Shown here piece after piece: positions 30,907-40,412 of a stretch of 64,000 nucleotides of DNA. The notes under the pieces were generated by a model. That model saw nothing but the letters and a program-made list of their open reading frames with translations. It had not been told where the DNA came from and made no database searches. Source of the stretch: Marinicella sp. (lineage in GTDB: Bacteria > Pseudomonadota > Gammaproteobacteria > Xanthomonadales > Marinicellaceae). The stretch is from NCBI GenBank assembly GCA_965230295.1, contig OZ246001.1:1632001-1696000 (forward strand), in the 5' to 3' direction. Numbering within the stretch: the stretch's first letter is position 1; each line of letters begins with the position of its first letter. A program made the position numbers and the translations under genes.

Positions 30907-31326
30907 TTATTCAAAATAGTCCTGATATTCGTCCAATGTCTGTTTAACAGCCTGGTAAGACTCTTGAGACCCGGTATCTGCCAGTGAATTTACAGCTGAC
31001 ATGTACGGCAACAAAAACACATGCAGCTGGTCATGTGCTGTGCCACTCATGGTACACCCTTGAATCAATTTTTGCAGGTCATCATTAAGCTCTGCCCCCA
31101 TGGTTTTGAGGTCGCCGCCCACATCAACCCGTTGGCTCATGACAACAAACATGTCTCTGGTGTGCGTGTCCATGATCCATTTGGCACCTTGATTCAAAGT
31201 GGGTTGTTTGGCTTCATGACCATGATGGTGAGCATGCTCACCATGCTTTTGGTTTGCATGATGTTCGCTCAATGCCAGCTGTGGGGTGCCCATCAGCAAG
31301 ATGATCAACGTGGTGATTGTTTTCAT
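30907..31326 (-). CDS. Secreted His-rich helical protein (DnrO-like)
   Basis: Signal peptide from MKTITT, EHHANQKHGEHAHHHGH, LNQGAKW, CTMSGTAHDQLH. Confidence 0.75.
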   Translation of the reverse strand: MKTITTLIILLMGTPQLALSEHHANQKHGEHAHHHGHEAKQPTLNQGAKWIMDTHTRDMFVVMSQRVDVGGDLKTMGAELNDDLQKLIQGCTMSGTAHDQLHVFLLPYMSAVNSLADTGSQESYQAVKQTLDEYQDYFE

Positions 31327-31393
31327 AAGAAGTTCTCTATTCCAATTAACATTTGATTTGACCTGTTGTGTGATGACTTTCATTGATATTTGA

Positions 31394-32401
31394 TCAATTG
31401 GGCACTTCAATGCGATACCCCAGTGCTTGTAAAGATGCCAGGTAATCATAACGCCCCAACAAGTTACTCATGGGTAAATAAGCAAAGGTTGAAGCATGGG
31501 TGCTGAGCGCCTGTACAGCTGACTCAAGCCAGGCATCACGCAGGCGATCTGGAATGGCCCTCAGGCCGGTTTCATCAGCAACACCGGAGTTCAAAATGGC
31601 ATCACCACAGGCCAATTCTTGTTCAGGGTTGATCAGCGAAGTGAGTTGGTCTACATGGCCATTTGCCCAGGCATTGGCGCGGGTGCGCATGGCTGGCAAG
31701 TCCTCTTCTAAGCGCACAATGGTGGCTTCAAAACAAGCCAAATCATCTATCTCAGATTTTTTAAATCGTTTGATGGCTCCTTTGGGGTTTTCAATGGCCA
31801 GGGAAATTTCAGGCCTGATTTTTTCCAGTTTGTGTCGTCGGGCCAACTTTCGGACTTTTTTCTCCACCCCGGCATCAAACACCAGGTCATTGTCATCCAA
31901 GGCTTCTTCAAACAGTTTAAAGGCGGCAAACAAGGGGCGGTATTTTTCCACTTTGCGGCTGTTGCCGATGTACAGTTTTTTCAGTTCCAACCAACGTGTA
32001 TACAAGGGTTCGGGCACCACCTCCTTGAGTCGTTTTCCATCGGGGTTTTTACGCACGCCTATGAACGCCGTTAACATGGAAAAACGTTTAAAAAAACCAA
32101 TCTCTGCTTTGGCGCTGGGTGGCTGTAACAAAGCCTGTGAGTCTTTAATTGCTGCTTCAACCCAGGATGATTCCCACACCATTTTCTTGGGCAGTGGAGC
32201 ATGGGTTCCTAAGATCCACAACACATGTTCACCGTCGGTTACTTTCCAAAACTCCGGCCCTGGCCGAACACCGACCACGACCATTTGATCAAGCTGTTCG
32301 ACGACATCTGCCGATTGCGTCTGACCGGTGTTGATGGCCGAATACCCTATGAGCAATAGGATCGACAAAAAACAACTCTTGGTCTGATTCATGCCGGCCA
32401 T
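31394..32401 (-). CDS. TraB/GumN family protein
   Basis: Signal peptide, PGPEFWKV..LWILGT, RANAWANG, C-terminal LQALGYRI. Confidence 0.8.
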   Translation of the reverse strand: MAGMNQTKSCFLSILLLIGYSAINTGQTQSADVVEQLDQMVVVGVRPGPEFWKVTDGEHVLWILGTHAPLPKKMVWESSWVEAAIKDSQALLQPPSAKAEIGFFKRFSMLTAFIGVRKNPDGKRLKEVVPEPLYTRWLELKKLYIGNSRKVEKYRPLFAAFKLFEEALDDNDLVFDAGVEKKVRKLARRHKLEKIRPEISLAIENPKGAIKRFKKSEIDDLACFEATIVRLEEDLPAMRTRANAWANGHVDQLTSLINPEQELACGDAILNSGVADETGLRAIPDRLRDAWLESAVQALSTHASTFAYLPMSNLLGRYDYLASLQALGYRIEVPN

Positions 32402-34504
32402 TTATGACACCTGCTGCTTGTTGGCCGACAGTTTGACCGGCGTTCCATTGAATGCCGCATTACCGGTAAGCTCATCAATGCGGCTGTCATCCGTCAAGCT
32501 GTTGATGCTGACACCCGGTTGTGCTGCCGCAACCCGCATGCCAGTGTTGTCGCGCCGACCCCACCCTTGTGGGATGCTCACCACCCCTGGCATCAAGTCA
32601 GTGGTCAACTCTGCTTCAACAGTCACTTGGCCTGTGCTTGAGCTGATCTGAACCTGATCTCCATCTTCAACCCCTATTGGGGCCGCATCTATGGGGTTAA
32701 TTTGAGCGGTGACTTGGTTTTTGCCCTTCACCAAACGGTGGGCGTTGTGGGTCCAGGTATTGTGATTGCGCACCAGGCGACGGCTGATCATTCGCATCGG
32801 GAACTCGTCATTCGATTGGCTGTTGTGTTCAAGCAATCGAGGCAAGTCATCTAGGAACAGTTGGGGTGCCAAATGTATTTGGCCATCGGCGGTTTTGATC
32901 CGGTGTTCGAAACAAGGCTGCAGGGGACCCAGGTCTATGCCGTGCGGGTTATCCAACAATTTCTGCAAACTCAAATCTGGATAAATACTGGCCTTTAACG
33001 CCATGTCCAAGATCATTTCAGGCGTACTGCCATCATCGGGCTGGCCTGTCAGGCTGGACGACAAGCCTTTAAGAATCTCCCAGTCATGTTTTTGGTCGGC
33101 CGTTTTTTCAAAAGTTGGGGTCGAATACTTCACTGTATTACTGACGGCAAAGCTGTTAAAAAACACATCATAATGCGCCACCTCCAAACCTGTGGTGGCC
33201 GGCAAGATGAGATCGGCATGGCGGGTGGTTTCATTCAGGTAAATGTCCACCGAGACCATGAACTCCAATTCAGCGAAGGCTTCATCCAAACGATCACCAT
33301 TGGGGGCAGACAACACGGGGTTTCCGGCGACAGTAATCAACGCTTTGACTTGTCCTTCGCCCGGTGTTTGAATTTCATCGGCCAGTGTGGCGACCGGAAA
33401 TTCACCGTTGTAAAAAGGCAGTCCTCTGACCCGCGAAGTATAGCGCCCATAGGAGTTGGGTTTGCCAGGTTGTACCCGCGCCAACAAATCAAAAGCCGGT
33501 TGTGGAAACATGGCACCACCGATCCGATCAAAATTTCCACTGATGATGTTCAACACCACAGTGGCCCATTGACACAGACCACCGAATGACTGTGTTGAAG
33601 CACCCATGCGACTGTAACAAACCGCTGATTCTGCCGTTGAAAAATCTTGAGCCAATTGTTCAATCTCTGCAGCAGACATTCCCACAGCATCAGCCACTAG
33701 GGCAGGGCTGAATGGCTCAACAGCACGGACCACATCGTCATAGCCTGTAATGTGGTCTGACAAATGCCGCAGATTCACTTGGTCTGTGGTGATCAGATGG
33801 TTAATCAGGGCCAATAAGAGCAATGCATCACTTTCCGGTTTAACAAAATAATGCCGGTCAGCCACTTTGGCGGTTTCGGTGCGGCGTGGATCCAACACCA
33901 CCACCTGGCCACCACGCTGTTGGATGGCTTTGAGACGTTTGGGCATGCCGGCACCAGTCATCATGCTGCCATTAGACACCATGGGGTTGGCACCGATGAT
34001 CAACATGAAATGGGTGCGGTTGATGTCAGGCACCGAAATCGCCATACCTGCACCAAACATGTAGTTGGCCGCCACATGATGGGGCAGTTGATCCGCTGAC
34101 GCAGAACTGTATCGACTGGTGCTGCCCACAGCTTTGAAAAACTGTGGCAGAAAAATGGCATTGCCTAAATTATGTGCGTTGGGGTTACCTAAATAAACAC
34201 CCACACTGTTGGGTCCATTGACCGCCTGTATGGCCCGCACTTTTTCTCCAATTAAGGCAAAGGCATCATCCCAGTTGATTGCTTGCCAACCATCTGCTGT
34301 TTTCTGTAATGGGGTTTTTAATCGATCCGGATCGTGGTAATAATCCTGCATCGCCACCGCCTTGGGACAGATATGGCCCAAGCTGAAAGGATCATCCTTA
34401 TCAGCCCTGATCGATAATATGTCTGTACCCTGGTGTCTGATTTCAATACCACACATGGCCTCACAGATGTTACAGGTGCGGTGGTGTGTTTGCACTTCGC
34501 TCAT
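32402..34504 (-). CDS. Molybdopterin (bis-MGD) oxidoreductase, cytoplasmic
   Basis: CNICEAMC..ICPK [4Fe-4S] motif, GANPMVSNGS, HADLILP, C-terminal dinucleotide-binding domain; no Tat signal. Confidence 0.92.
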   Translation of the reverse strand: MSEVQTHHRTCNICEAMCGIEIRHQGTDILSIRADKDDPFSLGHICPKAVAMQDYYHDPDRLKTPLQKTADGWQAINWDDAFALIGEKVRAIQAVNGPNSVGVYLGNPNAHNLGNAIFLPQFFKAVGSTSRYSSASADQLPHHVAANYMFGAGMAISVPDINRTHFMLIIGANPMVSNGSMMTGAGMPKRLKAIQQRGGQVVVLDPRRTETAKVADRHYFVKPESDALLLLALINHLITTDQVNLRHLSDHITGYDDVVRAVEPFSPALVADAVGMSAAEIEQLAQDFSTAESAVCYSRMGASTQSFGGLCQWATVVLNIISGNFDRIGGAMFPQPAFDLLARVQPGKPNSYGRYTSRVRGLPFYNGEFPVATLADEIQTPGEGQVKALITVAGNPVLSAPNGDRLDEAFAELEFMVSVDIYLNETTRHADLILPATTGLEVAHYDVFFNSFAVSNTVKYSTPTFEKTADQKHDWEILKGLSSSLTGQPDDGSTPEMILDMALKASIYPDLSLQKLLDNPHGIDLGPLQPCFEHRIKTADGQIHLAPQLFLDDLPRLLEHNSQSNDEFPMRMISRRLVRNHNTWTHNAHRLVKGKNQVTAQINPIDAAPIGVEDGDQVQISSSTGQVTVEAELTTDLMPGVVSIPQGWGRRDNTGMRVAAAQPGVSINSLTDDSRIDELTGNAAFNGTPVKLSANKQQVS

Positions 34505-35409
34505 TGTGACACCTCCACCAACATCAGGTCTTCTGCCAGCAGCACATCACCCGCGTATTGCTTGTTAATGATCTCAACTGATTGTGCTTTGACCGGGTCA
34601 CTGCGGCGCATGAAGTGTGCCAACAGCAATTTTTTCGGGTTGGCCTTTCGGGCAATTTTACCAATCTCTGAAGGGGGCATATGTAACCTTCTCCCCACAC
34701 CCGTTGAGCCCTCTTGAATGACGTTGTTGGCCACCAATAAATCGGTGTCTTTGGCCAACACCTCCAGCGTTTTGTATGCGTTGCTCATGTCGCCAGAAAA
34801 TGTGATTGAACACACTCCTGTTTCTACTCGCCAAGCCACAGCACTGATGGGGCCGTGATTAACCGCGATGCTTTTGGCGGTGATGGTTTCACTGATTTTC
34901 TTTTCATGAATGCTGGCTTGTTCCAATGGTGCATTGAACGCTTTGATTTTGTAATAACTGCTTTTTTCTGGATTGAGGTAACTGTTGAGGTAACGGTAGG
35001 CACCTTCTGGACTGAACAGCTGATCTATATAGTCTGTGGTGTCTGGCATTTTGTGGTTGCCTGCCGGCCCCATCACGATCAAATCACGCTGTCGTTCGGT
35101 GAAATAAAAGGCTTTGATCAGAGTAGGTAAATCAGCACTGTGATCAACGTGCAAATGAGTCAACAAGATGGCATCCAAATCATTCAAGTCTGCACCAATT
35201 TTTTCAAACTGCTGGGCACTGCCGCCACCGGCATCCACCAAAACTTTGGCTTTACCTGCCACCCAAATCAAATGTGAAGAAGACACCCGACCATCAGTCA
35301 ACTCAGGGCCGCCTGAACCCAAAACCTGCAATTTGACGTTATTGTCTTGGCAGGAATTTGCCCAAACCAAGGCGGGAAATAACAAATATATAATCAACCA
35401 CTTCATCAT
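34501..35409 (-). CDS. Secreted MBL-fold metallo-hydrolase (RNase Z/arylsulfatase-like)
   Basis: Signal peptide, LGSGGP, THLHVDH, FSGD, LAH. Confidence 0.9.
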   Translation of the reverse strand: MMKWLIIYLLFPALVWANSCQDNNVKLQVLGSGGPELTDGRVSSSHLIWVAGKAKVLVDAGGGSAQQFEKIGADLNDLDAILLTHLHVDHSADLPTLIKAFYFTERQRDLIVMGPAGNHKMPDTTDYIDQLFSPEGAYRYLNSYLNPEKSSYYKIKAFNAPLEQASIHEKKISETITAKSIAVNHGPISAVAWRVETGVCSITFSGDMSNAYKTLEVLAKDTDLLVANNVIQEGSTGVGRRLHMPPSEIGKIARKANPKKLLLAHFMRRSDPVKAQSVEIINKQYAGDVLLAEDLMLVEVSQ

Positions 35410-35532
35410 TTTTTTCTGTGCTTATTTCGATCCTTCACTTTATCACAAGCCATCGATAGAGAAAGTTAAATGAGGCTGGGTCTTTGCGCTTTACCCAGGC
35501 CTGGCCACACAACCTCCGTGTGCTGACCTTGG

Positions 35533-35739
35533 TTATTCATCTGCTGGTTTGTATCTGAACAGTTCATCGTGAATGCTTTGGGCTTTTTCAACAATCTCTT
35601 GAGGTGTTTTTTGCCAAACATCTGCCGTTGAACACAAACCAGCAGTGATGCGAATCATGGCCTCTTCACCAAGGCCAATGCCTTTCTTATGTATGCCGCC
35701 TATGCTTTGTGGGTGTACTGGATTACTTGGGTGTTGCAT
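35533..35739 (-). CDS. Small hypothetical protein
   Basis: GGAG RBS before MQHPSNP; 68 aa; no recognised motif. Confidence 0.55.
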   Translation of the reverse strand: MQHPSNPVHPQSIGGIHKKGIGLGEEAMIRITAGLCSTADVWQKTPQEIVEKAQSIHDELFRYKPADE

Positions 35740-35904
35740 GCTGACTCCGTAAAAAGTGATCATGGATTTGTTAATACAGGCCATTTATTTTAACTGATTG
35801 GAGTTTTATAAAATGTGAAAGTGTGACAAACCAATGGCTCAAATTCTGGATACCCAAAACTTGGTATATAATCATGGTTGTGTGCTTACCAAACCCATTA
35901 AGCA

Positions 35905-37065
35905 ATGACCCTTACCAACATTGATTTAATCAACATCAGTCAATTCCTTATCAGCATAATGATGACTGTGGTGTTTCTACTGGCTTGGAAAATCATGGAG
36001 AAGAAGACCTATGTTTTGATGTGGGCTTTGTTTTATTTTTTTGCAGCAGTGAACGGGATATTGAATGCTGCCAATGACCTGTTTCCTAACCGTGGGTTGT
36101 ATTGGGTGGTGGTCAATGGATTCTCATTACTCACCCAAGTGCTGGCATTGGCTGGGTTTCGGATGCGAGCAGGTAGGCGGCCATTTCCCCCGACCATCCT
36201 TATCTATTTCATTGTGATCGAATTGTTGGTGATTTGGTTCACCTTCTTGATGCCACATATGGGGCTACGCATGGTATTCATCCCTGTATCAGGCGGGTTG
36301 GTGGTGATGGCCATTGCCTTTGAAATCAGCCGTACCGGCCGACCTTTACGGGTGGCAGAAAAAAGTGCCGTTGTGTTGTTTTTACTTTACGCCGTTGTGC
36401 AGTTCACCAGTGGGACACTGGCTTTGTTACAGGGTGCAGAGCGCAATGAACACTACCTGACACTTTATTCCCAAACCAATTTCCTCTTTATGCCTGCCTT
36501 TTTCGCTGGCTTGGGCCTATTCACTTTATTGATCTTAGTGGATGATTTGGCCAATAAAATGAAAATGCAGGCTGTTACTGATTACCTCACCGGATTGCTC
36601 AATCGTCGCGGCTTCAAGCAACAGGCCGATGCCTTGATTCAACAACATCGCAAAGGTGACAAACCCTTGGCTGTGATTGTTGCTGACATCGACCACTTCA
36701 AAAACATCAATGATCAATACGGTCACCAGATCGGCGATGAGGTGTTGCAATATGTATCCAATGGGATGCGGCAATTGCTGAAACCTCCTGCCGTAATGGG
36801 TCGAACCGGTGGTGAAGAATTTGCTGTCTTGTCACCTGTTACTGACATCGACGATGCCAAAAAACTGGCTGAATACCTGTGCCAGCAATTATCTGAACAA
36901 AGTCGCAACACCAACGCCAATCTCCACATCACCGGCAGTTTCGGCGTGGCCCTGGTGGAGAGCAGCCTAGAGCAAGCCATCATCCAAGCCGATCAAGCCA
37001 TGTATCAGGCCAAACACAACGGTCGCAATCAAGTGGTGGTGGGTGAGACAGCTGAAAATCGATAA
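35905..37065 (+). CDS. Membrane-bound diguanylate cyclase (GGDEF)
   Basis: About 7 TM segments, TDYLTGLLNRR, DIDHFKNIND, GGEEF. Confidence 0.95.
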   Translation: MTLTNIDLINISQFLISIMMTVVFLLAWKIMEKKTYVLMWALFYFFAAVNGILNAANDLFPNRGLYWVVVNGFSLLTQVLALAGFRMRAGRRPFPPTILIYFIVIELLVIWFTFLMPHMGLRMVFIPVSGGLVVMAIAFEISRTGRPLRVAEKSAVVLFLLYAVVQFTSGTLALLQGAERNEHYLTLYSQTNFLFMPAFFAGLGLFTLLILVDDLANKMKMQAVTDYLTGLLNRRGFKQQADALIQQHRKGDKPLAVIVADIDHFKNINDQYGHQIGDEVLQYVSNGMRQLLKPPAVMGRTGGEEFAVLSPVTDIDDAKKLAEYLCQQLSEQSRNTNANLHITGSFGVALVESSLEQAIIQADQAMYQAKHNGRNQVVVGETAENR

Positions 37066-37220
37066 TGAGTTGCATCGAAAATTTCTCACATTGATTGATT
37101 ATCTTGACTCTTCAAGGTGGTATTCGTGTAATGACAAGCTCATTATATAAGAGTTAAGCTGTTGCAATACATTAATCAATTAGTCGAAAGAGTTCAATGC
37201 TCCGAAGGAAAAGTTGTTTT

Positions 37221-37242
37221 GGAACGTTGACTTCAGTCAACG
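37221..37242 (+). repeat. REP upstream of RAYT
   Basis: GGAA-CGTTGACTTCAGTCAACG hairpin. Confidence 0.8.
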
Positions 37243-37260
37243 TTAATTAAGGAGGGAACC

Positions 37261-37824
37261 TTGAGAAAAAATTCACACCATTACAACCAGATTAATGCCA
37301 TTCGGTTCATCACTTTCAGAACCCATGCCAGCATGGATAATTTCCTGTTTATGTTACAAGACTCAAACCTGGACGAATCACACAAACAGTATTCAATAGA
37401 CCAGTATATTGACCACTCACCCAATGGCTGTATATTGAACGACGAAATCATTGGTTTGGTTAAATTATTCTCTCGAAACCTAGACCCATACTTCTATCAT
37501 TTGTACTGTGTTTCGGTGATGCCCAACCATGTGCACTTGCTGTTCAAGCAACAACAGGACTTAGGCATCATTATGAAAAAGTTAAAAGGTGGTTTGGCCA
37601 ACCTCATCAACAAGCGACTCGGATTATCAGGAAAGCTGTGGCAAAAATCATACTTTGACAAAGCCATTCGAGACGATCAACATTTTCAGACCACATATCG
37701 ATACATAAAATACAATGCGATCAAAGCAGGTTTGACTGATGCCAATCACAGATTTTTTGGCATTTATGATAAGAAAGTCGACTGCCACCCAAGAGTTAAC
37801 TTCGTTGACCCCACTGTCGACTGA
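37261..37824 (+). mobile_element. REP-associated tyrosine transposase (RAYT; IS200/Y1 family)
   Basis: FITF, VMPNHVHLL (HUH), LWQKSYFD..IR..YIKYN; TTG start after GGAGG; flanked by REPs. Confidence 0.9.
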
Positions 37825-37878
37825 AGTCGACGCTCCGGTGAGAGGACTGATGGAGCGGTGACTTCAGTTCAGTCACCG
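37816..37878. repeat. Two oppositely oriented REPs downstream of RAYT
   Basis: GTCGACTGAAGTCGACGCTCC (37816-37836) and GGAGCGGTGACTTCAG[TTCAG]TCACCG (37852-37878). Confidence 0.82.
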
Positions 37879-37929
37879 TTTGCCTCAGGCACATGTGATA
37901 GCTCAGCTGTGTCTACTTGCACGCTGACA

Positions 37930-37957
37930 CAAACGGAGTGGAGAGCCGCTCCGTTTG
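37930..37957 (-). terminator. glcB terminator hairpin
   Basis: CAAACGGAGTGG...CCGCTCCGTTTG. Confidence 0.7.
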
Positions 37958-37968
37958 ACCTGAATTTT

Positions 37969-40140
37969 TTAAGCTTTCGCCTTGAGCTTCAGTCGATAAG
38001 CATGAAGTAGTGGTTCGGTGTATCCTGATGGCTGTTCTTGGCCCTTGAACACCAAGTCCAAAGCCGCTCGATAAGCGGTGTTATTTTCTAATGTGTCGGC
38101 CATGGTTTGATAAGCCGGATCATGGGCGTTTTGTTGATCCACCACTTTGGCCATGCGGGCAAACGTGTCTTTGACTTGTTGTGCAGTACACACCCCATGG
38201 ACCAACCAATTACAGATGTGTTGACTGGAAATGCGCAATGTTGCACGGTCTTCCATCAAGCCCACATCGTTGATGTCTGGTACTTTCGAGCAACCCACAC
38301 CTTGGTCAACCCAACGCACCACATAGCCAAGGATACCTTGGGCGTTGTTGTCCAGTTCATGTTGGATCTGTTCAGCAGATAATGCTTGGATGTCATCACT
38401 GACTGGAATGGTCAGGATGTCGTTGATGTCTGCTCGGGGTCGTTCTTTAAGCTGATCTTGTACATCAAACACGTTGATCTGGTGGTAATGCATGACATGT
38501 AAAGTGGCGCCATTGGGCGAGGGCACCCAGGCACAGTTTGCCCCTGCTTCAGGGTGCTCGGTTTTAACGGTCATCATTTTGGCCATTTCATCAGGCATGG
38601 CCCACATGCCTTTACCAATTTGTGCTTTGCCAGTGAAACCACATTCAAGACCAATGTCTACGTTCCTGTTTTCATAAGCTGCAATCCATTTCATGGCTTT
38701 GATCTCGACTTTGGGCGCCATTGGTCCCAACAGCATGCTGGTGTGAATCTCATCACCGGTGCGATCAAGGAATCCGGTGTTGATGAACACAATGCGGTCC
38801 TTCACTTGACGAATGCATTCTTTGAGGTTGACTGTGGTGCGGCGCTCTTCGTCCATCACACCAATCTTGACGGTATTTCGGGGTAAGCCCAGCTCGTCTT
38901 CAACCCGGTTGAACAGCGTATTAGCGAAGGCTGCTTCCTCAGGTCCATGCATTTTGGGTTTAACGATGTAGACACTTCCTGTTCTGGTGTTTCTTAATGG
39001 GCCCAATTGTTGTAGATCATGCATCGCAATCAACACGCTGACCATGGCATCCATGATGCCTTCAGGAACTTCATGACCGCTTTGGTCAATGATCGCCGGG
39101 CTAGTCATTAAATGTCCTACATTGCGACAGAACAATAAACTGCGACCATGTAAGGTGAAGGGTTCTCCTTTAAGAGAGAGGAATGTTTTGTCTGCAGCAG
39201 CCATGCGTGTCATGGGTTGGCCTCCTTTCTCAAAAGTGTCTTTGAGGTCGCCACGCATCAAACCCAGCCAATTGCGATAAACGCCCACCTTGTCTTCTCC
39301 ATCAACCGCAGCCACTGAATCTTCAAAATCTTGGATGGTGGTGACGGCAGCTTCCAGGGTCAAGTCTTTAACGCCCGCCAAATCTGCTTTCCCAATGGCT
39401 GATTCAGCATCAACCTCAATGATGACATGCAAGTCATTGTGCTTCAGCAAAACCTGTGTGGGTGCCGATGCATCACCATTGAAGCCGACGCACAATGACG
39501 CATCCTTCAGTGTTGCAGCTTGTCCGCCTTCATCATCAACAACCAACCGGTTATCTTCAATTCGATACTGCGTGACTTGATGGTGGCTGCCTGATGACAA
39601 GGGGAAATGCTGATCCAAAAAGTCGCGACCATAATCAATGACTTTTTGGCCCCTGACCGGGTTATAAGCACCTGCTTTTTCAGCCCCTCCATCTTCACTG
39701 ATCACATCAGTACCATACAAGGCATCATATAAACTGCCCCAACGGGCGTTGGTGGCATTCAAGGCAAAGCGCGCATTGGAAGTGGGTACTACCAGTTGTG
39801 GCCCAGCTTGTTTGGCTATTTCATCATCAACGTTTTCGGTACCAATTTTGAAATCTTCGCCTTCATCAACCAAATAACCAATCGCCTTTAAATGATCAAC
39901 ATAAGCCGCTTGATCGAACCGTTCTCGGTGGTCATCAAGCCATTGGTCTAAATTCGCTTGCATACCTTCACGCTTTTGTAGGAGCTGTTGGTTTATTGGC
40001 GCCAAGTCATGAACCAATGCTGCAAAAGACTGCCAAAATTGATCATGGCTGATCTCAAGCTCCGACAGCACTTCTTGTTCAATAAAGTCAGCCAATAAGC
40101 GGTCTACTTGTAGGTCAGATTTTCTGCTGTAATCAGTCAT
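37969..40140 (-). CDS. glcB: Malate synthase G
   Basis: [47 protein letters not shown]. Confidence 0.98.
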   Translation of the reverse strand: MTDYSRKSDLQVDRLLADFIEQEVLSELEISHDQFWQSFAALVHDLAPINQQLLQKREGMQANLDQWLDDHRERFDQAAYVDHLKAIGYLVDEGEDFKIGTENVDDEIAKQAGPQLVVPTSNARFALNATNARWGSLYDALYGTDVISEDGGAEKAGAYNPVRGQKVIDYGRDFLDQHFPLSSGSHHQVTQYRIEDNRLVVDDEGGQAATLKDASLCVGFNGDASAPTQVLLKHNDLHVIIEVDAESAIGKADLAGVKDLTLEAAVTTIQDFEDSVAAVDGEDKVGVYRNWLGLMRGDLKDTFEKGGQPMTRMAAADKTFLSLKGEPFTLHGRSLLFCRNVGHLMTSPAIIDQSGHEVPEGIMDAMVSVLIAMHDLQQLGPLRNTRTGSVYIVKPKMHGPEEAAFANTLFNRVEDELGLPRNTVKIGVMDEERRTTVNLKECIRQVKDRIVFINTGFLDRTGDEIHTSMLLGPMAPKVEIKAMKWIAAYENRNVDIGLECGFTGKAQIGKGMWAMPDEMAKMMTVKTEHPEAGANCAWVPSPNGATLHVMHYHQINVFDVQDQLKERPRADINDILTIPVSDDIQALSAEQIQHELDNNAQGILGYVVRWVDQGVGCSKVPDINDVGLMEDRATLRISSQHICNWLVHGVCTAQQVKDTFARMAKVVDQQNAHDPAYQTMADTLENNTAYRAALDLVFKGQEQPSGYTEPLLHAYRLKLKAKA

Positions 40141-40323
40141 TTTGAGTCCTGTTTGGTGGGGGTTTTAAGACGAAACCTTGTTATTTTATAACAGCTTTTT
40201 AGACTAAAAACTCTAATTCAGGCATTTACTGGACAAAAACATGTAAAAAAAACTTTTTTTGAATTTTGGCCAAAAAAGGGTTTAAAAGTCGCGAAAATGC
40301 TCTTATCATGCAACAACGTGTTA

Positions 40324-40341
40324 TTCAAACGTTTGTTTGAT
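40324..40341. promoter_or_regulatory. PsrA-like operator TCAAAC-N4-GTTTGA between glcB and aceA
   Basis: TCAAACGTTTGTTTGA at 40325-40340. Confidence 0.6.
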
Positions 40342-40412
40342 CAACTTCGTTTATATTATTAATTTAACAACAACCGGTTCAGAACCGCAAAAAACTACCA
40401 GGACTTTTAGAT

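Noticed and set aside
31383-31397. TTGAT-N5-ATCAA as an FNR box for the DnrO-like gene
   Set aside because: The spacer is 5 nt rather than 4 and it overlaps the upstream stop codon; suggestive only
31500-32288. 262-aa + strand ORF
   Set aside because: Antisense shadow of the TraB/GumN gene with no motif or RBS; the same applies to the many short antisense ORFs over groEL, glcB, aceA, dcp and the MMPL gene
35473-35502. CTGGGT...ACCCAG hairpin as a REP
   Set aside because: Single short copy; equally consistent with a weak terminator for the small ORF
37227-37240. TTGAC-N4-GTCAA upstream of RAYT as an FNR-like site
   Set aside because: Fully explained as the stem-loop of a REP
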